From contig NC_068981.1 of the NCBI RefSeq assembly GCF_001194135.2, forward strand, positions 180,686,244-180,750,243: a stretch of DNA of 64,000 nt, given 5' to 3'. The DNA comes from Octopus bimaculoides (lineage: Eukaryota). This document shows positions 27,501 through 37,950 of this stretch, piece after piece. The notes beneath the pieces were generated by a model that was not told the DNA's origin, made no database searches, and saw only the letters and a list, made by a program, of their open reading frames with translations. Position 1 is the first letter of the stretch, and the number at the start of each line of letters is the position of its first letter. Made by a program: the position numbers and the translations under genes.

Positions 27501-28997
27501 AACACTATGCATCTGTTTCCAAGTATATACATACATACATACATACATGCATGCATGCATACAGGCCAAAAAAATAAGAATCCACAATATGGTAGTAGCC
27601 ATAGTCACTCATAATAAAAAAGAGTACTGGTGGAATATCTCAGTGAAAACCTCAATAAAATGTAAACAATAGACCTGACATAGTAATTTGGGATAGAGAA
27701 GACAAACTGTGTACAGTTGTGGAAATCAGCTGCCCAGTGGATGTTAACATAAAGCTAAAGAGCAGCAAAATAGAAAATACCTACGCTGAGCTATTGAGAA
27801 ATCTACAGCTACTCTACACAATTATAAATTCAGGTTTATAGCTGTAATTATTGGGCAGTGGGATATGTAACACACTGCCTAAGTACTAATCTTGAGGAAT
27901 TAGGCTTCTCAAAACCGGAAAGGAGAAAGCGGATTTAAAGACTACAGACTGAAACCAATCAGTGGAACTGTGAAAATTTTCTTTCCAGAGGTTTATCATT
28001 TAAGTATATATGAGCATGTCTAGATATGTAATTATGTACATGAGAAGACATACATAAAGCAAAACAGACTAATATACACATGCTATGACTCCAAATATTG
28101 TACACATTAGCACATACATGCAAAAATACCTTGATGTTGTTGAAATTCCAATGAAGGGGCAGGAGTGGCTGTGTGGTAAGAAGCTTGCTCACCAGCCACA
28201 TGGTTCCAGGTTCATTCCCACTGTGTGGCACCTTGGGCAAGTGTCTTCTTCTATAGCCTCGGGCCGACCAAAGCCTTGCGAGTGGATTTGGTAGACGGAA
28301 ACTGAAAGAAGCCCATCGTATATATGTATTTATATATATGTATGTGTGTCTGTGTTTGTTCCCCCAACATCGCTTGACAACCGATGCTGGTGTGTTTGCG
28401 TCCCTGTAACTTAGTCGTTCGGCAAAAGAGACCGATAGAATAAGTACTAGGCATCCAAAGAATAAGTCCTGGTGTCGATTTGCTCAACTAAAGGCAGTGC
28501 TCCAGCATGGCCACAGTCAAAAGACTGAAACAAGTAAAGAGTAAAAAGAGTAAGGAAGCCTGGATCTAGGCTAGAAACCAGTTCTTTCTCTATTGGCAAG
28601 AAATCTTGTAATAAAACTGAACAATGACACACACACTTTTAAAATCTTGATGAAAAATACTATTCTCTACTTTTCTTTTGTATTCTAATAAACAGATCAA
28701 ACTGATGAAGCAGGCCAATACAATGATCTCGTGATGACATGGATGTCTTTGTTTGAGAAGGAAACAGGTGAAACAAAGAAGACAAAATTTACCAGTTACG
28801 ATACTGTAAAAGGATTTTCATGCATTAGTAATGCTCTGGAGTGGTGCCAGTTAAATATGGCCAATATTCACAATGGAAATCCATTTGTAACATCTGCTTT
28901 GAAAGGTGCAACTCATTTACAGGTTTTAATAACAGGAAGTTTGTATTTAGTTAGTCATGTTCTGAAATCTTTGAAGCAGGTAAATTATGATGATTGA
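1835..28997 (+). CDS. FPGS: Folylpolyglutamate synthase, 5'-incomplete gene model: join(1835-1966,3572-3690,[missing exon],9674-9916,13091-13168,14163-14307,15660-15752,17013-17110,19355-19404,20770-20848,26475-26526,28696-28997)
   Basis: All exons are AG/GT bounded and phase-compatible except across the missing exon. Family motifs occur in the expected order: [13 protein letters not shown] (P-loop), LEVGIGG..DCTN, DH...[25 protein letters not shown] near the C-terminus. Confidence 0.95.
2186..2978. mobile_element. Foldback/MITE-like element with long imperfect inverted arms (about 2186-2390 vs 2781-2978)
   Basis: Blocks ggatctttgtgatttgacgggcaaca, gaaacactttcaaactt and caaccaatcattgacgtctattcagctgaatacag recur in reverse complement. 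Confidence 0.7.
3093..3380. mobile_element. hAT-type MITE, copy 1
   Basis: TIR caggggttttcaaact / agtttgaaaacccctg; perfect 8-bp TSD ctttatct (3085-3092, 3381-3388). Confidence 0.92.
3572..3690 (+). CDS. FPGS: FPGS exon with P-loop: [39 protein letters not shown]
   Basis: ttcag acceptor, gtaaaa donor, phase 0 to 2; GTKGKGST Walker A motif of the FolC/FPGS family. Confidence 0.95.
4425..4564 (+). repeat. 16-bp minisatellite (gagaagtaggagtgaa)n running into an N gap
   Basis: At least 8 near-perfect tandem copies. Confidence 0.95.
5470..5950 (+). mobile_element. tRNA/CORE-like SINE family A with internal (TA)n(TG)n. Other copies about 9999-10415, 10861-11260, 28157-28553, 38525-38965, 39372-39800, 43567-44497 (interrupted), 60980-61200, 61770-62170; minus-strand pieces 1650-1800, 16550-16715, 44540-44700, 45095-45320, 53440-53555, 57040-57500
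   Basis: Recurrent head ggctgtgtggtaagaagcttgcttcccaaccac...ggttcagtcccact, CORE-like ggcaccttgggcaagtgtctt, tail ...gtcaaatgactgaaacaagtaaaaga. Confidence 0.9.
6553..6860 (+). mobile_element. Decayed non-LTR retrotransposon fragment (R4/Dong-like, RLE clade)
   Basis: [18 protein letters not shown], then [30 protein letters not shown] (zinc-knuckle region), with stops and frameshifts. Confidence 0.75.
9674..9916 (+). CDS. FPGS: FPGS exon: [15 protein letters not shown]...[13 protein letters not shown]...[22 protein letters not shown]
   Basis: Lies within ORF 9584-10123; tttacag acceptor, gtaagt donor, 243 nt, phase 0-0. Confidence 0.95.
11435..11749. mobile_element. Palindromic foldback MITE, ~130-bp arms (11435-11561 / 11615-11749), TA-flanked
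   Basis: tataaggcaaataaga.aatggagaggataa...gtaggtgatccaaat is reproduced in reverse complement. Confidence 0.85.
13091..13168 (+). CDS. FPGS: FPGS exon: [26 protein letters not shown]
   Basis: ccag acceptor, gtaagt donor, 78 nt; matches human QGVPAFTVLQPEGPLAVLRDRAQQIS in length and pattern. Confidence 0.9.
14163..14307 (+). CDS. FPGS: FPGS exon: [10 protein letters not shown]...[19 protein letters not shown]
   Basis: tacag acceptor, gtatac donor (weak), phase 0 to 1; matches human CPLYLCP...NAALALQLAHCWL. Confidence 0.85.
15660..15752 (+). CDS. FPGS: FPGS variable linker exon: (V)[30 protein letters not shown]
   Basis: Strong poly-T/cttag acceptor and gtaagt donor, 93 nt, open in phase 1-1, which fits both neighbours; little sequence similarity, so assigned by position and phase. 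Confidence 0.7.
17013..17110 (+). CDS. FPGS: FPGS exon: [32 protein letters not shown]
   Basis: aacag acceptor, gtatgt donor, phase 1 to 0; DGAHT motif. Confidence 0.93.
17598..17828 (+). mobile_element. SINE family B (ctggcagaaac.ttagc...gcctttcat.ctttcggggtcga), full-length with TSD; other copies about 7795-7965, 25950-26130, 29228-29430, 51140-51372
   Basis: 16-bp TSD tagaaaccatatcaaa at 17582-17597 and 17829-17844. Confidence 0.88.
18108..18294. mobile_element. hAT-type MITE, related family
   Basis: TIR caggggtccccaa / ttggagacccctg; degenerate 8-bp TSD ctttacag / ctttatgg. Confidence 0.75.
19355..19404 (+). CDS. FPGS: FPGS small exon: [16 protein letters not shown]
   Basis: tatcag acceptor, gtaagt donor, 50 nt, phase 0 to 2; matches human ACVRWF. 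Confidence 0.82.
20253..20673. mobile_element. MITE with 106-bp TIRs (20253-20358 / 20568-20673), centre in an N gap
   Basis: Arms differ at about 3 positions; inserted next to microsatellites. Confidence 0.85.
20770..20848 (+). CDS. FPGS: FPGS exon: [26 protein letters not shown]
   Basis: ttcacag acceptor, gtaaga donor, phase 2 to 0; matches human VRVLLFNATGDRDPAALLKLLQ. Confidence 0.88.
21460..21665 (+). mobile_element. RTE-clade LINE 3' end remnant
   Basis: RWKEKPVAL...C..C..(C)[10 protein letters not shown], a terminal C2H2-like motif typical of RTE ORF ends. Confidence 0.6.
23105..23400 (+). mobile_element. Penelope-like element GIY-YIG endonuclease remnant
   Basis: [16 protein letters not shown]...DVKVL....D..LRQITEAI with frameshift/stop. 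Penelope-like terminal pieces also at about 3860-4110, 11850-12030 and 26930-27260. Confidence 0.65.
26475..26526 (+). CDS. FPGS: FPGS exon: [17 protein letters not shown]
   Basis: ttccag acceptor, gtatgt donor, phase 0 to 1; matches human PCQFDYAVFCPN. Confidence 0.88.
27570..27960 (+). mobile_element. Decayed R4/Dong-like restriction-like endonuclease fragment
   Basis: [15 protein letters not shown].(N)[26 protein letters not shown]...[10 protein letters not shown], a PD-(D/E)xK-type RLE motif, with frameshifts. Confidence 0.75.
28696..28997 (+). CDS. FPGS: FPGS last coding exon: [16 protein letters not shown]...[10 protein letters not shown]...[26 protein letters not shown]
   Basis: aacag acceptor, phase 1, ORF 28731-28997; FSCISxAL.W and VL.TGSL.LV match the eukaryotic FPGS C-terminus. 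Confidence 0.93.
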
Positions 28998-30089
28998 AAA
29001 GAAATCCCATATGGTGTTGTTCTTGAATATGGAGCAACATAAAACATTAATGATAATATTTATTTATTTATTTAAGACTTTGATATCTAACCCCACAAAT
29101 ATTTCTATTTTGCCTTTTATCTTTCTGAAGTTGATAAAAATAAGTACCAGTAATATATTGAGATTCAATGTAAAAATTCATTTTGTATGTGAATCACAAA
29201 ATTACAAAGAATATTTATTACATAGAACATGGTGAGCTGGCAGAAACGTTAGCACACTGGGTGAAATGCTTAGTGGTATTTCATCTGTCTTCACATTCTG
29301 AGTTCAAATTCCACCAAGGTTGACTTTGCCTTTCATCCTTTCAGGGTCAATAAATTAAGTACTGGGATCGATCTAATCAACTGGCCCCCTCCCCCAAAAT
29401 TTTGGGCCTTGTGCCTAGAGTAGAAAAGAATATTCATTACATATTTATTACATATTTATTACATAGATGCATAAAATATCAAATTTACACAGGTGTGATG
29501 TTGTGGTATTCATTTATTTCCCATGATCATTGTACCATTTAAAATACTGAAAACATTTTAGAATACTGAAGGAAAAATAAAAATTGATGACAAAACTATT
29601 TATTGATTTACATACTTTTTTGCATTATTTTATTGATTTCAGTCATTGAACTGCAGCTATGTTGAGGGACTGTTTTTAGCCCTTTTATTACTGTATTTAT
29701 TTTGAGATGCTCTGTGTTTATTTCAATTACTTTAAATATAACAAAGAATTTAGTAAAATAACTTAGTTATCATTCAGCTAGTGTTAGGAACATAAATTGT
29801 GACTAAGGTTTGGTGGAAGATTTTAATTCAAAACTTATGAAAACAAGACATTTGTACTACAGAAGAGCCAGAGGTGGTTTCAGCTGGGTTGGTAACGTAG
29901 TGATTAAGGGCAGTTTTACTTGATCATATCGTAGGTGCAGACGTTGCTTTTCAGTTAAGAACTTTGCTTCCTAACCTCATGGTTTCAGTTTCGGTCCTGC
30001 TATGTGACACCTTGGACAAGTGTCTTCTACTATAGCCCAGGCTTGCATCAGGCCTTGTTCGGTTACATGGTATTGACAAGTCACAAAAA

Positions 30090-30430
30090 TAATGAAACAA
30101 CAAGATGGAACAAATAGTACTCCAACCAACTAGGGCAGGTAACATACTGGATCTCTGCTTCACAAATAATATGGATCTCATCCATAATGTGAAAATGACA
30201 CCAACGCTACTCTCGGATCACAACATGGTAGAGCTGACCATGTATGGACCAAAGGAAACCATGGACATGCAGCCTACAAGAAGCTCTCAGAATCTTTCCA
30301 ATTTGAACTTTCATAAGGCAAACTGGAAACAAATTGAGAAAGAGATCCTCAAACAAAACTGGCCTAAATAGCTCTCCTCGCTGGACATTGGAGAATATGC
30401 TTTGATCCTGAGGTCCATGCAGGAAACTGC
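30090..30430 (+). mobile_element. CR1/L2-group LINE fragment (end of the APE endonuclease)
   Basis: ORF 30105-30371: QIVLQPTRAGNILDLCFTN...LSDHNMV...NFHKANW. Confidence 0.85.
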
Positions 30431-30482
30431 TTTGTTAATGCAGTTTTTGGATACTGGAGTGTATTGTAAGATATAGTAATTC

Positions 30483-30541
30483 CTACAATACCTCTTGGTA
30501 AGCAATATTCTTTTTTTTTCCCTTGTGGAACAAATGCAAAT

Positions 30542-30576
<35 letters not shown>

Positions 30577-31575
30577 AGAGCAGCCAACATTTAATTGCCT
30601 CAGTGAGAAGCACAACTCTTCCAAGTGAAATCCTATCACAGACAGTGTTTGACACTGGGATTTATTGCCAGATATTGTGAAGCTGATATGGACAGGAAAT
30701 TGCACTCTTCTGAATGAAAAAAGGAATTTTTGCTCCTGATGTTATCAGAGGGTTTCTGAGTATGAAAACATCTTTTCCACATCTAGAGAGAACGGTGACC
30801 TCAATAACATGTTGCATCATCTTCTTTACCACCAGGCGTAACCCATTGCAGAGTGTTGGTGGATCCAAATTTGTCACTAACATTACTGGAGTTCCCACTT
30901 TAAATTCCAATCTGTAGGGAGGTACTCCTGGAGGCTCCAATGAATTGAGAAATTCTGTTGGATAATTTACCACCTCTTCTGGATCTGAGATTGTATCAAC
31001 TGACTTATAGATGTGAAGACTTCCAGGAAGATACTGCTCATTAATTTTACATACAGTGCTGTTTTAGGAGCCAGTATTGCTCTTTCACACAGCCAATTGA
31101 GACTGTGATAATTTTTCGACAAATGGAGGATCTCCTCTTTGGAGACATTATGTCAAGGAATATGATGTAATAAAATGAGATGACAATTATATGTTAATAA
31201 TGAAATGACAATAAAAGAAGGTAAATAATATCAATATCTTAGCAAATTTTAAGAAATACATACAATGAACTGAGATGACACTTATGTTAATGATTAATTG
31301 TCAATAAAAAACATTAACATCAATACGTTCAGTAGATTAATCATGTTGGATGTAAGGGAAACAATCAATTTCTGAAAGTTACTTCCCTTCTCTACACATC
31401 TTAGCAAAGGTTATTTTCTGTTCCCAGAGGGCCCATTACTCATTATGTGAAAAATTTTAAGAGTCTAAAATCTTTGGAACATAAGTAATGTATTTTCCCA
31501 GTTTGGAGAAAATCAATTCTGAACTTCAGAAGTTATGCGAATTTACACACACAACCTCACTTTTATATATAGAGA
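30483..31575 (-). mobile_element. Internally deleted Helitron: 5' terminus at 31575 plus Pif1-family helicase C-terminal relic (about 31010-30483)
   Basis: YPTEFLNSL.PPGVPP..L..KVG.PVML..NLDPP.LCNG.RL; SQ.QTL; ...KNIAYQEVL*. 5' end reads A|TCTCTATATATAAAAGTGAGG. Confidence 0.85.
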
Positions 31576-32046
31576 TTATTTGGTTTATGTCACTATACTT
31601 TATATAAGTATATAAGCGGATATGTCTATCTGATGAAGCATCATTACATATTTAAATGGATTTGATTATTTTTGAAAATCTTCAAAAATGCAGTAGCTTG
31701 CCTGTCAACAATGTATATATTTTGTTTGGTAGACAGATTGCTGTTTCTAGTTAAAACTGATTCTATGTTTCCGAGAATGCAGCATTGTATGACAGTGATG
31801 ACTACAATAGTTATTTTAAATAAATCAATATTCATAAATGAAGGAATATCTCTTTTACATTTTGTTTCGAGTTAAAGAAAGTAGACTGTTGTTTCTCAGG
31901 CAGTTTGATATTTGATCAGTAAGGCATTAAGGCACTGGACAACATACTGAATGGTCAAGAGCTGTAATACAAAGACATCTGGACAACACAATAATTGCAA
32001 TATCTTTTAGCAACTGGACAACACTGAATGGCTAATTTATAAAAGT

Positions 32047-32224
32047 GATTTACTGCTATGGATCCCAAAGCATGGCTGTACTCAAGCAGGCCATCCAAAT
32101 ACAGCTTACATAGACCAACTCATCAGAGACACTGGAGGACATCCCAAAGACCTTCCTCAACTAATGCAGGACCAAAATGGATGGCATATGCACATTAAAA
32201 ATGTCTGAGCAAGCTCAACTAGAT
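32047..32224 (+). mobile_element. LINE (RTE/RTEX-like) 3' end remnant
   Basis: DLLLWIPKHG...G.P...YIDQL..DTG...L...M.D..GW. Confidence 0.7.
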
Positions 32225-33676
32225 GAGATGATGGACTACAGTGAATGGCCCAAAATAGTAAGATTAAGGTGAATGGTTGGCAATTGCAATATTAAAGAAA
32301 CTGACCAGTACATCAACTGGTTGATCCCTGTAATAGGGACAATGCAATGAATGGTCAAGAACAGTAATATTAAGACAATTGTTAAAAATTCTAATAATAA
32401 AGCAACTGGACAACAGAATGTAGGATTTGTAACGTTTATCTTATGATTTTATCTTTCTTTCTTGTTTTTTTCAAATACTGAAGAAATAAGAAATTGATAC
32501 AATGTTCATAGTTTGGTCAACAACTAGAGTATTAAGGCAATTTAGAAATATTTTATTACAAAAATTTAACACCATTTCTTCTTACTCTTCAAATGGAAGA
32601 TTTACATTTCAGTTTATATCACAAAAGGGTGAATTTTCACATTGAGAACAAACAAACATTTAGTAAGAAAAAAAAAAATGATAAAAAATTTTTTTTTTCT
32701 CTTTTTTTTTTTTTTTTTCAAAAATTCTGTACANNNNNNNNNNNNNNNNNNNNNNNNNNNNNNNNNNNNNNNNNNNNNNNNNNNNNNNNNNNNNNNNNNN
32801 NNNNNNNNNNNNNNNNNNNNNNNNNNNNNNNNNNNNNNNNNNNNNNNNNNNNNNNNNNNNNNNNNNNNNNNNNNNNNNNNNNNNNNNNNNNNNNNNNNNN
32901 NNNNNNNNNNNNNNNNNNNNNNNNNNNNNNNNNNNNNNNNNNNNNNNNNNNNNNNNNNNNNNNNNNNNNNNNNAAAAAAAAAAAAAAAAAAAAAAAATTC
33001 TGGCAAAATCCAAAATTTTGCATTAATAATTCCCAACCCATTACCTTTTTTTAATAACTTTATTAATTTATTAACACTGATATTTTCACATCAATGGCAA
33101 CACATATCAACGTTAAGAATGAAACACAAGATTACATTATGAGAGACAGAACAAAGTTTTGAAAAAAATGAAAAGAATGGAATGTGTGTGTGTACACTTG
33201 TGTATATAGGTATTTATTACACATTTGATATGTATGCATGTGTGTATGTGTGAGAAAGTTATCTATGTATCAACTTTAATGTATACACAGTGTCAAGAGG
33301 CCAGTTGCTGAGATATTTGTCCGGAGATAATATCTCTTTAGGAGAAGCTGTGCTAAAAACACAAACATCAGAAGGAGATTGAAAATTTGCCCCAGCAGTC
33401 AGTGAAAACATCAAATGCATTTTGGCCTTTTGGGAGCCTTTTCAGTGGCATATACTCACAGCCAGCCACATATGGCCTATTGACTCTGTGTAATGTGTAT
33501 ATATTAAGTATGATGCATAGATAGCTATTTTAATTGCATACTTACACACATAAGGATATATATGTATGTGTGTATGTGTGTCTAAGGCATCGATGTGTAT
33601 AATGAATGTTAAGGTATTGACAGACTGAAGCAGAAAAATCCACCAGCCCCATCAAAATTATACATGAATATTATAT

Positions 33677-33708
<32 letters not shown>

Positions 33709-34785
33709 NNNNNNNNNNNNNNNNNNNNNNNNNNNNNNNNNNNNNNNNNNNNNNNNNNNNNNNNNNNNNNNNNNNNNNNNNNNNNNNNNNNNNNNNNNNN
33801 NNNNNNNNNNNNNNNNNNNNNNNNNNNNNNNNNNNNNNNNNNNNNNNNNNNNNNNNNNNNNNNNNNNNNNNNNAGTATATATGATAAATAATATATTGTA
33901 AAAGAAAGTTTAAAATTTTCATCGGTGGTCTTTATCGGCTTGAAATTACAGTTTGTAGAATATGCTGCAAAATAGCAAATTGTAAATAACTGGACAGCTG
34001 ATTAGCATTATCATTGATGACGATGATGGTGGTGGTGGTGGTGGTGGTGATGTGAGGGAATTAAGTAATGAAAACTCAAAAACAAAAACAAACTCTTTGA
34101 AATATGTCTCAGAGTATGAAGAAATATGATTGATTATGACTGATGATATACAACAGATGAGAATGTGGGTGGTTCAATACAGGCAGAGACCTGGGTAAAA
34201 CAATTCTTATATTTTAGTGCTTGAAAGGTAAAGCATATGTGAGATGCCAAGACAAGATCACAAATGAGGAGGTGTTTTGAAAAGTCAATGCCACATACAC
34301 CTGAGTCTTGTTATCAAGGCCAGAAGAATGCAGCTGGTATAGCATGTCCTATAAATGGGGGGGACAATATCCCAGTAAGAAATGCAATGATATGGTTACC
34401 AGCTGGTGAGAGGGCAGCAAAGGGTGAACTAAAGAAAACCTGAAGATGATCTGTGCAGCTGTCGCACAAAATGGATTCAAGCTTCGATTCTTGCCAACGA
34501 CAAAATTAAAAAAGAAAATGATAGAAAAGCATAGCTGCTCATTAACCAAATGGCCAGATATATATTGTGTGGATTCTCCTCTAATAGACAACAAAAGAGG
34601 GTTCTGTGAGTTCTTACTTGCACAAAGGGTCTGTTTACAGCAATCAAATGTTTGTGTTGTATATTAGTTCACAATCAGATTATCATTGCCTGTACAGATG
34701 CACAGCATGCAGCATATCAGATGTTGAAGTGATCACAGGGAAATGTGAGATGAAATCTTTGCCTTAAGAACACAATGCATCCTCA

Positions 34786-34833
<48 letters not shown>

Positions 34834-35559
34834 TCGGTATGTTTTTACATATGAGAGAGTATACTTAAATGTGAATGAGAGCAAATGTGCTAATCAGCTA
34901 CTTGTCTCTGTAGTTAAGTGTATTTGTGTGAAAGAGTGTATGTATGTATAGAAACGTACGTAGATGCATATGAGCGTTTACATGCTTAGTTGTAGGTGCA
35001 TAGATGTTTGCTCAGTTACAAATTTAAACATGCTAACGTGTGTGTGTGTGTGTGTGTGTATAATGAGAGTGTATACAGATAAGTATGAGAGTGGTGTGTG
35101 GCAGGATGTCTAACGTAGCATGTCAAACAAATGAGATATAATTTAAGATTACGCTCAAGTTAAAATTCTAAGATTCTTCCTTCAACTCCAAGTTTAATGA
35201 AAGGAATGAACATGTGTGTGTGTGTTTTAATTTCTCTTTCATTTAAAAACTGTTGACTAAATTTCAACAAGAGATACAGTTAATTTCACTAATGAATACA
35301 TGAGCTAAAACAGCTATAGCTTCCCATTTGCAAGTCTTGTTTATATTCTGGAAGAAAATTATTATTATTATTATTATCATTATTATTGTCCCTGTTTCAA
35401 ACATATAAAGAAACTTGAAATCTTTCATATGTGCTCTCTGTGCAATATCTGTAACATAAAATGGCAAGATATCAAACGCCAAAATCTTTGTAAAATGTGA
35501 TGTCCAGTATCAAAAGCATGCTGCTGTAAATTCAGTGCAGATAAGTAAGACATGTTGAT

Positions 35560-35770
35560 CACATTCCCAAAATTCTTTTGTATGGCCAACAAGTAGAGGG
35601 ACAATGGGGTATGGGAAGATCCATTCTTAGATATAAAGATAAGCTGAAGCAAACACTAAAGTCTCTGCAGCTTAATTTGACATCTTGGGAAAGTCATTGT
35701 CTAGATCAATCTGCATGGTGCAAAATGTGTCTTGATGCAATTTGGGTTGAAGAAACAGGACAATAAAATA
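35560..35770 (+). mobile_element. RTE LINE 3' end remnant
   Basis: YGQ..EG....GR..LRYKDKLK..LK......SWE....D.SAW. Confidence 0.75.
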
Positions 35771-36098
35771 ATTGTATCCTGCAATCAACAGACCCATTTA
35801 TCCAACCCCAGACAAAATCAAAATCATCATTGTCCCCAGATTTCATAGCAAAATCCATACCGGGACTCAAATTACATTTATGCATCCATCACAAATAGAT
35901 GCAGCTTCTTTTATTTTGCTGGGCTTCCATAAACAACCTTGCTCAGACTTGTGCCTCGCAGGGGAACATTCTAGATGCAATCCAATGGTCATTCACGACC
36001 AAAGGAGGTCTTAACCTTTTACATTCAATGAATCTTTTACATCTTTCAACTGACAGCATGGCAAAGCAACAGTCTTGTGATTGTGGTCTAATAGCAGA

Positions 36099-36290
36099 CC
36101 TGTCTATGTGGTTAGCAACAGATACATTGGAGTGGCCAACAACTGATATGCCAGTGTGGTTAGAAAAAAGCATATCAATGTAGCTAGGAACAGATATGTC
36201 AACATAACAAGCAATAAACATGCCCACATGCCTAGCAATATGTATATCAAAATAGCTATCAATAGACATGCCAGCATGGCCAGCAATGGA
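36099..36290. repeat. Degenerate 8 x 24-bp tandem array
   Basis: Exact 24-nt register over 192 nt (e.g. tctgttgctaaccacatagacagg, tctattgatagctattttgatata on the - strand). Confidence 0.85.
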
Positions 36291-36625
36291 TATGTCAACG
36301 CCATGATTTTAGAGTCTGACATCTTAGCAGTTATTGGGCAGACAACACAAACTGTTTTAACTAAGTTATGATAACATGGTAGTGGAGGAAGAAACATTCG
36401 CTGATCAGATAATTTAAATTTTAGACATCATGTCAACATAATGATTATAATGATTACATCGTATGGCATAGTGAAATACTGTCAATAACAGAATATTAAA
36501 TGTGATGAGATTAAGCACCACTATAGTGACAATTTTAAAATTAGCAAATATTGTGTGTGTGTATGTATGTATGGATAGGTGTGAATATGTGTTTGGATGC
36601 ATGTGTATGGATGCACGTCTTCGTT

Positions 36626-36681
<56 letters not shown>

Positions 36682-36925
36682 TATATACATACATATTTTG
36701 CTGGAAGGGGCATGTCAGAAAGTAAACAATTTTATTTCCACTTTCCAACATGTCAATATTAATAAAAACTGATATATATTTCAAAATAATTAAATGATTA
36801 GTTTGTTTCTAATTTCATTTAAAACTAGAGTTTTGTGATTTTTAAATTAACAAAAAAAAAAAAAAAAAAAAAAAAGTATTAAAAAAATATCTGGATGCTG
36901 AGAACCAATATTTCGCAGCTTTAAG

Positions 36926-36956
<31 letters not shown>

Positions 36957-37950
36957 TATAATTATCTCCCTTGAATTTGTCGTTCGCACCTTGTTTTGCT
37001 TTCTTGGATATGGGGGAAAAAAAAAATAATGCATCATTTCATATAATACTGCTCTTAATGAAAACATGCCAATCAAATGTCTGTTACATTTCAATTAACA
37101 TTTTACCTACTCAAGCCTGTTTCGCGAAATTTGTTTTGCACCAATGGTCTAATTTTGTTATAAATTATGCATTTAAAAATTTTTTTCTAACCATATATAT
37201 GTTCTAGTTCACTAAATAAACTACCATATTGATTCACAGCATAGCTATTACCAGTAACTCCTGTGATACAGAACAAATATTATATTCATTTAGAACTGCA
37301 GAAGTCAGTAGTGACACATGCTGAAAAGTCTTAAAATATCTATTATACGTCTGCTTATAGATTTTTCTTTTCATTTATTTTTTTCTACAAGTTATATTTC
37401 AGACATTATATAAACTTTAATGGTTTCTTTTGCACAAAAGTTTTTTTATGAAGGACAATGGCTCCGATGATGGCAATGACAGTAACTCGTATCCTTACCT
37501 GGTCCCGTCTTTGCTTTCTATTGATTCAAATTGAAAAGCATCTGAGAAATACAAAGAAATGTGTCCTGTATACTTCCCAAAATTTGAATATTATAGTTTG
37601 AACCACAGTAATGTGAGGCACCATAAAAAAAGACAAAAAATATCACCCCTGGGCGTCACCAGCGACTCCCACAGTACATTAAGAACATTGCATGGAGAAT
37701 CACCAGTGACTCCCATGGTAGGCAAAGAGTCAAAACATAAAAGGGAGAATCAAAATTCCTTGTTTTGTGACAAATAGAGATTTGATTATCCCTTTCTGAC
37801 GTTTATGAAATGATAGGTGAAGAGGGCAAGAGAACCCTCACGATAATTCATTTTTGGCCTGAGATCTCATACTTGCAAATGATGGCGATTGGAATGGAAG
37901 AAATTTAGTTTCAGCAAAAATTTAGTTTGTTTTTCAGGCAGCCAAGCCTT

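Noticed and set aside
30545-30576. Poly(A) next to the Helitron helicase, suggesting a retroposed Helitron mRNA
   Set aside because: Helicase-like sequence continues beyond the run (KNLFAFVPQG..KNIAYQEVL*), so it is an internal homopolymer expansion.
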